A stretch of 64,000 nucleotides of DNA from an uncultured Flavobacteriales bacterium (lineage in GTDB: Bacteria; Bacteroidota; Bacteroidia; Flavobacteriales_G; Salibacteraceae): NCBI GenBank assembly GCA_963933405.1, contig CAWVSS010000002.1, positions 13,860 to 77,859 on the forward strand. Reading direction: 5' to 3'. A model generated the notes under the pieces. That model did no database searches and was not told the DNA's origin. It worked only from the letters and a program-made list of their open reading frames with translations. Both the position numbers and the translations under genes were made by a program. The first letter of the stretch is position 1. Every line of letters starts with the position of its first letter. Positions 52,352 through 60,281 of this stretch are shown piece after piece.

Positions 52352-53323
52352 TTGAAAAAGATTGTTTCAATTACCTTAGGTATAGCGGTAAGCATTATTG
52401 CTATTTATTTGATATTTAGAAATATAGATGTTTCTACTTCAATCGATAATTTAAAGGTTGTCCCGGTTTATTCTGTACTTGTTTTAATGGCCATTTATTT
52501 GTCAGGCTTTGTGCTAAGAGCTTTGCGGTGGCGGTTGATGTTGGTTAATCTAGAATCGCTTTCATTCAAAGTATGGTTGAATAGTATTGTTGTTGGCTAT
52601 GCAGGTAATAATGTTATTCCTGCTAGAGGAGGAGAACTGCTAAGAATGGAACATTTTAGTAGAACTTCTGGGGTTTCTAGAACCATTAGTTTGTCGTCGG
52701 TGTTAACCGAAAAAATATTGGACGGATTAAGCTTGTTATTAATCTTATTGTTGGTCGTTTGGCTTTATCCAGGTGACTTACTATCTATTGTATGGTTTAA
52801 GTCACTTTTTGTATTGGCTAATTTAATATTTGTAGGTGCAATCAGTTTCTTAATTGTATTAAAAGCATTCGGAAATCACATTATTGGATGGCTTAAACAG
52901 AAACAAGGCGTTTTTTTTAAGCTAGGGGATCTGTTTGGTAAAATTGTAGAATCTCTTGGTTTTATTCAGCCAAACTTAAAGTCTTTAGTCATACTGCTTA
53001 TTGGAGCTAGCATTTGGGTGGTAGAAGGAGGAATGTTTGTTTATGCATTTTCATTACTAATGCCTGATCAATCAGTTTTTATACTTGGTTATTTGACTTT
53101 GGTTGTTGTCAATTTTGGGATTTTGATTCCTTCGTCACCAGGCTATGTAGGTGTATTTCAAGCAATGACCGTTTTGGCATGTTCAATAGTTGGTATAGCT
53201 GAAGAGCAAGCGCTATCTGTATCGTTGTTAATTCACGGAAGTCAATTTATTCCTATAACCTTATGGGGATTACTAATTCTAGGAAAAGGGCTTTTCTCTA
53301 AAGTAAAGCAAGAAGCTAATTAG
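52352..53323 (+). CDS. flippase-like membrane protein (UPF0104 / lysyl-PG synthase TM-region family)
   Basis: Eight TM-like segments and the signature-like YAGNNVIPARGGELLR. TTG start. Confidence 0.65.
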   Translation: MKKIVSITLGIAVSIIAIYLIFRNIDVSTSIDNLKVVPVYSVLVLMAIYLSGFVLRALRWRLMLVNLESLSFKVWLNSIVVGYAGNNVIPARGGELLRMEHFSRTSGVSRTISLSSVLTEKILDGLSLLLILLLVVWLYPGDLLSIVWFKSLFVLANLIFVGAISFLIVLKAFGNHIIGWLKQKQGVFFKLGDLFGKIVESLGFIQPNLKSLVILLIGASIWVVEGGMFVYAFSLLMPDQSVFILGYLTLVVVNFGILIPSSPGYVGVFQAMTVLACSIVGIAEEQALSVSLLIHGSQFIPITLWGLLILGKGLFSKVKQEAN

Positions 53324-53326
53324 CGT

Positions 53327-54673
53327 TTATTTCTTTTTAAATCTTCTGTTGAAATTTTTATCACCTCGAGTTTGAGGTTTCTTGTATTTCTTGGCAATTG
53401 TACGTCGGTATGAGCCACCCTGGTTCGTTTTTTGATTCTTCTCACTTTTCTCATGGTATTTAGAATCATCATCTTTTAGCTTAACATGAATGTTTAATTC
53501 ACGAACATCAGGTTGCTCATCAGGAGTAAGGCTTTTAGAGATTTCAACTTCTTCAGGAAACTCAATCATCGGCATTTCGTAATTCATTAATTCCTCAATA
53601 TCCTCTTTTCTTCGATTCTCTTTAGCGGTAGTAAACAATAACGATTTACCAGTTTGCTCAGCTCTACCAGTTCTACCAATACGGTGCATGTAATTTTCAG
53701 GAAACATAGGTGTATCCATATTGATTACGTGGCTAATTCTGTCCAAATCCATTCCACGAGCCATAACATCGGTAGCAACCATAATGCGGTTTTCACCTTC
53801 GTCAAATTGCTTTATAGAACGCATTCTATAGTTCTGTGTCTTATTCGAATGAATAACACAAAGCTCGTTTTCAAATTTTTCTTTTAATCCTTCAAACAAT
53901 CTATCTGCAGTTCGTTTGTGCGATACAAAAACAAGTACTTTTTTGTACTCTTCTTTGTCCTCTAAAAGATGATTAAGCAGATTTACTTTAGTGTAAAAAT
54001 TGTCAACCATATAGCCTGTTTGGCTAATGTTATCAAGTGGAGTACCACTTACAGCAATTGATACTTTGACGGGGGTGACGAAGTAGTCTTCAATCATTTT
54101 TTCCACATCCTCAGTCATGGTTGCTGAAAACATGATGTTTTGTCTTTTTTCAGGTAATAATTCAAAGATGTTTGTCAATTGAAACCTAAAACCCAAATCA
54201 AGCATTACATCAACTTCATCAATAACCACTTTTTGGATGGCTTTAAGTTGTAAGGCCCTGCTTAAAGCTAAATCATAAAACCTTCCAGGAGTTGCAACAA
54301 CTATATCGCAACCATCATCAAGCGCACGTCTTTGTCTGTTTATATTTACACCACCAAAAACTCCAACTACTCGAATATCCATGTATTTGGAATAACTCTC
54401 TATGTTTTGAACTACCTGCTGCACCAATTCGCGAGTAGGTACTATTACTAAAACCCGAGGAGTTATTTGAAGTGAATATTTCAATTCTTTTAGAATAGGA
54501 AGCATGTAAGCAAAAGTCTTTCCTGTTCCAGTTTGAGCAATCCCAACCATATCTCTTCCAGATAATACAACTTTGTATGAGTCCGCCTGAATAGGGGTAG
54601 GAGTGCTAAAGCCTAAGTCATCAATTGCATTTAACAATTGATTTGACAGTTTTAATTCTTGAAAAGAGTTCAT
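53327..54673 (-). CDS. DEAD-box ATP-dependent RNA helicase (RhlE-like) with basic C-terminal tail
   Basis: Q-motif region, AQTGTGKT, DEVD, SAT, HRIGRTGR and a Lys/Arg-rich tail. Confidence 0.9.
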   Translation of the reverse strand: MNSFQELKLSNQLLNAIDDLGFSTPTPIQADSYKVVLSGRDMVGIAQTGTGKTFAYMLPILKELKYSLQITPRVLVIVPTRELVQQVVQNIESYSKYMDIRVVGVFGGVNINRQRRALDDGCDIVVATPGRFYDLALSRALQLKAIQKVVIDEVDVMLDLGFRFQLTNIFELLPEKRQNIMFSATMTEDVEKMIEDYFVTPVKVSIAVSGTPLDNISQTGYMVDNFYTKVNLLNHLLEDKEEYKKVLVFVSHKRTADRLFEGLKEKFENELCVIHSNKTQNYRMRSIKQFDEGENRIMVATDVMARGMDLDRISHVINMDTPMFPENYMHRIGRTGRAEQTGKSLLFTTAKENRRKEDIEELMNYEMPMIEFPEEVEISKSLTPDEQPDVRELNIHVKLKDDDSKYHEKSEKNQKTNQGGSYRRTIAKKYKKPQTRGDKNFNRRFKKK

Positions 54674-54736
54674 CTAAAGGGTTTCGCCAAAAGTAAAGGT
54701 TCTTTATAACCTAAAGCAGCATTGTTTCATTGAAGT

Positions 54737-55183
54737 CTAACATTCCCAGAAATAGAAATTATTAGTTTGGTTTAACTCAAATCCTATTGAAGGATATAAT
54801 TGATTACCTATTGTATTTGATTTTTCAGTTTCTAACATTAACCCAGAGCTGCTCGTAGCCTTGGCTATCTGTTTCGCATTTTCAATCAATAATTTTGAAA
54901 TTCCATTACTTCTGTAATTTGAATTTACAAACAGGTCATTAAGAATCAATAAAGGTTTCATTTGGGTGGATGAAAAACTTGGATAAAGTTGTGTGAAACC
55001 AACTAGTACTTTAGCAGTTTCTGCAACTAGAATTGTAGAATCATTTAACGTTAATCGAGATGTTAAAAATAATTTTGCTTCGTTAACATTAGATTGTTTT
55101 TTATAGAAAACCCTGTAAGAATCAAAGAGAGTTGATAATTGGTCAAGATCTTCGATTGTTGCTTTTCGTATTTGAGTTGTCAT
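54737..55183 (-). CDS. GNAT-family N-acetyltransferase
   Basis: Acetyl-CoA motif-A-like NYRSNGISKLLIENA; 148 aa. ATGA overlap with the upstream ABC ATPase gene. Confidence 0.75.
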   Translation of the reverse strand: MTTQIRKATIEDLDQLSTLFDSYRVFYKKQSNVNEAKLFLTSRLTLNDSTILVAETAKVLVGFTQLYPSFSSTQMKPLLILNDLFVNSNYRSNGISKLLIENAKQIAKATSSSGLMLETEKSNTIGNQLYPSIGFELNQTNNFYFWEC

Positions 55184-55857
55184 AGTTTTAGATTTTCAAT
55201 GCTTTTGGATTGAGTTAAACTTTTTAGTTCATCTTCAAGTTCTGTGAACTGACCTGACTTTGCTGATTTCACAATTGTTCCATTATCAATAACATGAATT
55301 TCATCACAAGTATCAGCTAACGTTGAATATATGTGAGAGGAGATTAATACAATTTTATTCAATTCTTTCAATTTCTTAATAATCTCAGTAATGATAATAT
55401 TACTCTGAAAATCAACGCCATTGAATGGTTCATCTAAAACAAACACTTTATTTTTTTGGAGAAGACACCCCGTCAAAGCGAGCTTCTTTTTCATCCCGGT
55501 TGAATAAGTACTGGCATATTGATTAAGTGGCAAATCAAAAATATTCTGATCTTCAAAGTTTTCAATTTTAATGAATCGAGCGTTGCAAACAAGTTGTAAA
55601 TACTCTTTTCCTGTTATTTTTTCAAATAGGAAAGGGTTGGTTGCTAAATAACCCAAACTCGTACTTAGTTCTGTTTCTGATCTTATAATATTGCCTCTAT
55701 ATGACTCTAAACCAGTTATACATCTAAACAAAGTGGTTTTACCAGCGCCATTTTGGCCTACAATACCATAAACTTTACCTTTTTGTAGGGTTAATGATAC
55801 TCCTTTTAAAACTTGATTACTGCCAAACGATTTAGTAATATTTTTAATTTCAATCAT
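55180..55857 (-). CDS. ABC transporter ATP-binding protein
   Basis: Walker A GQNGAGKTT, signature YSTGMKKKL and Walker B VFVLDEPFNGVD. Confidence 0.85.
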   Translation of the reverse strand: MIEIKNITKSFGSNQVLKGVSLTLQKGKVYGIVGQNGAGKTTLFRCITGLESYRGNIIRSETELSTSLGYLATNPFLFEKITGKEYLQLVCNARFIKIENFEDQNIFDLPLNQYASTYSTGMKKKLALTGCLLQKNKVFVLDEPFNGVDFQSNIIITEIIKKLKELNKIVLISSHIYSTLADTCDEIHVIDNGTIVKSAKSGQFTELEDELKSLTQSKSIENLKL

Positions 55858-56770
55858 GCAAATAAGGCGTTAATGAATCAATTGACTTTGAGTAAAAATA
55901 TGGAATAAGTAACAGTAATAAAGGGGGAAGCAACATGCAAACTCCTAAACCAATGGCTTGATTAATATTCAACCCTGTTGGGTAGTATGCGTATTTCCCC
56001 AAAATAGAAGTTATTACATATAGTAATCCCAACAGAAGACCTCCTAAAATGATATGAACTTGGGTAATGTTAAATACTAGTAACAATAAAACCAGCGGTG
56101 ATGAAAGAAGTAATGCGTATTTAATGCTTATGATAGTCTTGTATTGTAAAAATTGTTTTGAGGAGTGTTGGTGCACCCAAACATAAAATTCAGGCTCTGA
56201 AACACTGTAATACGAGATAATAGTGAACATAATTAATGCTAACCCGAACATACCAAGATTGAAATTACCTACAACCGCTGAAATGATTACCAGAGCTACT
56301 GATACAATGTAAACCAATAGTGATCGCCTGAAGCCAACCGTAAACTCAAAAGGGAACATGTAGAATGGAGTAGGAATAGATTTGTTTAGCTTTAATTTGG
56401 TTGAATGATAGGACAGTAAAATTACTGTAACTAGCAGAGCAATTGACATTGCAAAGTGTTGGAAAACCATTAGAATTAATGCAAATAGCAATGACAGGCT
56501 AAGATTTTCAATAATTCTAATTTGCAAAAACTGTTGGTTTGAAAAATTGAATTTTAAAAAGTCATTTTTTTCTTTTTGAGAAGTTAACATCACGGCACCA
56601 ATGCCGGCACTAGAAACAATCAATGAACCAAAATCCAAATTTTTACAAATAAATACTGAAGTTCCTATAATAAAAAGTAGTAAAGCTAAAACACCTATTA
56701 GAGGATGAATTCCAAACTCTGCAATGGTTCTAAGAATCATTTTATAACGTAAATAGAAGTACAATTTCAT
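55850..56770 (-). CDS. polytopic membrane protein (putative permease partner of the ABC ATPase)
   Basis: About 8 hydrophobic segments, an 8-nt overlap with the ATPase gene, and no recognisable family motif. Confidence 0.5.
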   Translation of the reverse strand: MKLYFYLRYKMILRTIAEFGIHPLIGVLALLLFIIGTSVFICKNLDFGSLIVSSAGIGAVMLTSQKEKNDFLKFNFSNQQFLQIRIIENLSLSLLFALILMVFQHFAMSIALLVTVILLSYHSTKLKLNKSIPTPFYMFPFEFTVGFRRSLLVYIVSVALVIISAVVGNFNLGMFGLALIMFTIISYYSVSEPEFYVWVHQHSSKQFLQYKTIISIKYALLLSSPLVLLLLVFNITQVHIILGGLLLGLLYVITSILGKYAYYPTGLNINQAIGLGVCMLLPPLLLLLIPYFYSKSIDSLTPYLHD

Positions 56771-57183
56771 CGTTTGGCAATTTTAAACTTTATGTTCTAA
56801 TACCATGTAATTTAGAAATGTTAATAAAAGTTACATTTCTAAAGAACCAACTGAAATAATTAGATTGAGTCGCCGTTAGAAATGCCTATGAAAACCAATT
56901 CTATTCTTCTTTTTTAATTATTAACCTTAGTTTATTTAGGATGTGAAAAGAATCAAAAAAATGAATTCAAATTTTTAGAAAACTTATGGAGATGTTTATG
57001 AAGACAAAACAAAGCTTAACCTAATACATCGACAACATAATATATTGTTGGGGGTATTTATTTGAGTTTCGACTTTAGCTAACAATAGCTATTTCTTATC
57101 AAAACTTAAATTAATTCATTATTTTTCTTTGCTATGTAAATAAAAAAATCTATTTTCGACTTGAATTTAAAAACTATACAATT

Positions 57184-57378
57184 ATGTCAAAGGAAAAATT
57201 AGACGAAAAAGACTTAGAGAACGTAAGCGGTGGAGCAGGAATGAGATCTGTATCAAGAGAAAGCACAGATGAAAGAGCAGATGAAAACCATGAGGAAGAA
57301 GAAAGAGAAGATAGGGATGAACGAAATGACGGAATGGGTGACATGGGAAGAGTAGATCGTGAAGAGAGAAGAAGGTAG
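57184..57378 (+). CDS. double-glycine-leader precursor peptide with hyper-charged acidic core
   Basis: The leader MSKEKLDEKDLENVSGG has hydrophobic residues at -4/-7/-12. The 47-aa core contains 11 E, 7 D and 11 R. A strong terminator follows, and a C39-ABC export operon lies immediately downstream. Confidence 0.65.
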   Translation: MSKEKLDEKDLENVSGGAGMRSVSRESTDERADENHEEEEREDRDERNDGMGDMGRVDREERRR

Positions 57379-57395
57379 ATAATGTTAATTTAAAA

Positions 57396-57427
57396 AAACC
57401 GCTTTCATAAAAAGCGGTTTTTTTTTG
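57396..57427 (+). terminator. rho-independent terminator after the precursor peptide gene
   Basis: Perfect 10-bp stem aaaccgcttt / aaagcggttt with a 5-nt loop, running into a T-run of about 10 nt. Confidence 0.8.
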
Positions 57428-57472
57428 TTCATTTATTAGATTAATACCTTTAAATTATGTAATCTCGTGAAG

Positions 57473-59044
57473 ATGAATAGGCTATTTCTTTTTATTGCAC
57501 TTTTTGTTTTTTCTTCGGGAATTTATTCACAAAGCTCTTCGGAAATTGAATTTTTAATAGAGGCAGGTTTAAAAGATCAACCAAGCATTAAAATATCAAA
57601 AGATCAAATAATCTTGTCAAATGGATTGTTACAAGAGCTTAAGGGCGATTTTAATCCAACTTTAAATTTCTCGCTACAACGATCTCAAGATATTTATCCT
57701 GAAACTAAAATTTATCGTGAAGGTTACGTTGATGATCCTTCAGCTTCATATAGGTCTGATCTCTTTTCTTATAATCTTGAGGTAACCAAGCTATTTAAAA
57801 ATGGACTATACTTATCGCCAGGCGTAACACTTATAAATAATGGCAAGGATGCTTCGTATAGGCTATTAAAATCATTAGGAGAGGGGGAATATTTGACCAA
57901 TCGGTCTAACGTTTATTTAAAAGCTACACAACCTCTACTTAGAGGTAGAGGTAAAGATTATTATTCTGCTCAAATAGAAACTCAACAATTAAATGTTTCA
58001 GCAACTGAATGGGATTTTTACTACAATGTATCCTTTCAAGTTTATAACATTCTGAGTTCATATTTAGAATTTGTTGGAAACGCAAACAACTTAAAAATAC
58101 AAACCTCTGTAAAGGATAACTTGATGAAATTCAGAGAACAATTATCCCAATTAGCAGACAAGGATATAATTCCACAATCAGAATTGGTTTTGATAAACGC
58201 CAATGTTTCATCGCAAACGGCAGCGGTAAGACAAAGTAACTACTTTAAAGCCTTATACTTAAATAGATTGACTGAATCAATTGGCTGGCATAATGAAGAA
58301 GGGATAAGGTTACCTTTAAGTCCTGACACCTTTAGCTTTCCTGCATTGAATCTTTACGACTCTTCGAGCTATGTGGCTTACTGGATTTCAGAAGCAACGA
58401 AAAACAGGGGAGATATTATTGCCTCAACTAAAAGGTTAGAGGCAGCTAAAAGAAACATTCAATTTGCCGAAAGAAATAATCTTCCAACTTTAGATTTAAC
58501 TGCTTCAATTGGATATAATGGCATATATGAATCAAACTCTGTAGAACAATATTTATCGCCAATTTATTCAAACATACCTGGTATGAGCTATACAATTGGC
58601 GTCACATTTTCAAGACCCTTTGGAATGGACAACATGAAAGGTAATTTAGCAAGAACAGTTGCCACTAAAGACATAAATGAACAATATTTAAATCAAAGTA
58701 TTTTAAATCTTGAACAATCAATTTCGAGTGCATACACCGAAGTTATTAATTACCATGGAGCAGCAGCAGAAAGCAAAAAAGCCGTGCAATTCCACAAAAA
58801 AGCTCTTGACAATGAATACATTAAGTTAAAACTAGGAAGTTCAACTGTTGTTAATTTAATACAGGTTCAAAGAAATTATACACTATCGCAAAGCTCTTAC
58901 AACAACTATTTGAAGTTTTTGTATCAAGCAATTATAAAATTCAGATTACAGGTTGGTGAGATTGCAAAATTCACAAACTCTAAAGAAATAGAGATCAACC
59001 CTAATCAAATTTTAACCCTACCAAATCCGCTAAGTAATGAGTAA
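57473..59044 (+). CDS. TolC-family outer-membrane channel of the peptide export system
   Basis: Signal peptide MNRLFLFIALFVFSSGIYSQ and two TolC-like repeats. ATG at 57473, with a GTG alternative at 57467. Confidence 0.8.
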   Translation: MNRLFLFIALFVFSSGIYSQSSSEIEFLIEAGLKDQPSIKISKDQIILSNGLLQELKGDFNPTLNFSLQRSQDIYPETKIYREGYVDDPSASYRSDLFSYNLEVTKLFKNGLYLSPGVTLINNGKDASYRLLKSLGEGEYLTNRSNVYLKATQPLLRGRGKDYYSAQIETQQLNVSATEWDFYYNVSFQVYNILSSYLEFVGNANNLKIQTSVKDNLMKFREQLSQLADKDIIPQSELVLINANVSSQTAAVRQSNYFKALYLNRLTESIGWHNEEGIRLPLSPDTFSFPALNLYDSSSYVAYWISEATKNRGDIIASTKRLEAAKRNIQFAERNNLPTLDLTASIGYNGIYESNSVEQYLSPIYSNIPGMSYTIGVTFSRPFGMDNMKGNLARTVATKDINEQYLNQSILNLEQSISSAYTEVINYHGAAAESKKAVQFHKKALDNEYIKLKLGSSTVVNLIQVQRNYTLSQSSYNNYLKFLYQAIIKFRLQVGEIAKFTNSKEIEINPNQILTLPNPLSNE

Positions 59045-60278
59045 GGTATTTAGAGAAAAAGCTTTAGACAAGCTACAATCACCAGACCGACTAAATGAAA
59101 TGGTAACTATTATTTCAAGCCATACTTGGCTAGTTTTACTCGGAGCATCTATAGTAATTGGTTTTTTTATAAGCTGGACGATTATAGGTAAGCTACCAAC
59201 TCAAATTGGTGGTAACGGAATTTTACTGATGTCAGGTGGGGTCATGGATGTTTCTGCTATATCTCAAGGACAAATCAGTGAGGTTTATATAAAACCTGGT
59301 GATGCGGTAACAGAAGGTGATATTTTAGCAGAGATTAAGCAACCAGATTTGGAATTAAAGTATCTAAATTCTAAAGAACATGTTAGGTTACTGAAAGAAA
59401 GGTTCGAATCTATTAAAAATTATAATGACAAGGATTTGGCACAGAAGCGAAATCTGTTGGAACTAGACGCAAATAACAAGAATAAAAGAATAGAAAAAAA
59501 TATTGAAAGGATAGAGTTTGTAAATAACCAAATAAAATCGCGTACTGAATTATTAGATCAAGGATTAATAACAAATGAAAATTTAAATCAAACCAAAGAA
59601 ATGCTTTTCGAAATTGAACAGCAGAACCTAGTATTAAAGAATGAACTGGAACAAATTGAATTAAATCTTTTTGAGCAGGAAAAACAAACCGAATTTGAAC
59701 TGAGTAACTTAAGTGGCCAAATAATTGATGAAGAAGCAAACCTTAGAGAAATTAAATCTAAATTGGATATAAATTCTAAAATAAGGAGCCCTTACACAGG
59801 AAGAGTTGTAGAGCTAAAAGTGAACGCTGGTAAAATAATAGGTTCTGGAGCAGTAATATTATCGATTGAACGTACATTTTCAAATGAAGAATTAGAAGCG
59901 ATAATTTATGTCCCAGCCAATCAAGGAAAAAAAATTCGTTCTAAAATGGAAGTCAAAATTTCCCCTAGTACTGTGGAAGTTGAAAAATATGGTTTTATAA
60001 AAGGGGTAGTAATACAAGTATCTGAATATCCTGCAAGTTTTGAAGGTATGCTGAATACTTTAGGTAATAAGGAACTAGCATCTACTTTCTTTCAAGGAGG
60101 ATTGCCACCATTGGCTGTTCGGGTTAAACTAAAAAAGAACTTAGATGTACCTAGTGGCTATAATTGGACGTCAGGTGAAGGCCCTCACACTCAAATAAAA
60201 TCTGGTACGCTATGTTCTGCGAAAATTGTAGTAAAAAATAGAAGGCCTATCAGCTTAATATTTCCAGCTTTTGAATAA
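59037..60278 (+). CDS. HlyD-family membrane fusion protein (bacteriocin-export type)
   Basis: N-terminus FREKALDKLQSPDRLNEMV followed by a single TM helix, a long coiled coil, and a lipoyl/beta-barrel region. 8-nt overlap with the TolC gene. Confidence 0.8.
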   Translation: MSKVFREKALDKLQSPDRLNEMVTIISSHTWLVLLGASIVIGFFISWTIIGKLPTQIGGNGILLMSGGVMDVSAISQGQISEVYIKPGDAVTEGDILAEIKQPDLELKYLNSKEHVRLLKERFESIKNYNDKDLAQKRNLLELDANNKNKRIEKNIERIEFVNNQIKSRTELLDQGLITNENLNQTKEMLFEIEQQNLVLKNELEQIELNLFEQEKQTEFELSNLSGQIIDEEANLREIKSKLDINSKIRSPYTGRVVELKVNAGKIIGSGAVILSIERTFSNEELEAIIYVPANQGKKIRSKMEVKISPSTVEVEKYGFIKGVVIQVSEYPASFEGMLNTLGNKELASTFFQGGLPPLAVRVKLKKNLDVPSGYNWTSGEGPHTQIKSGTLCSAKIVVKNRRPISLIFPAFE

Positions 60279-60281
60279 ACT

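Noticed and set aside
53654-53887. 77-aa plus-strand ORF inside the DEAD-box helicase gene
   Set aside because: It is antisense to a gene carrying all the helicase motifs.
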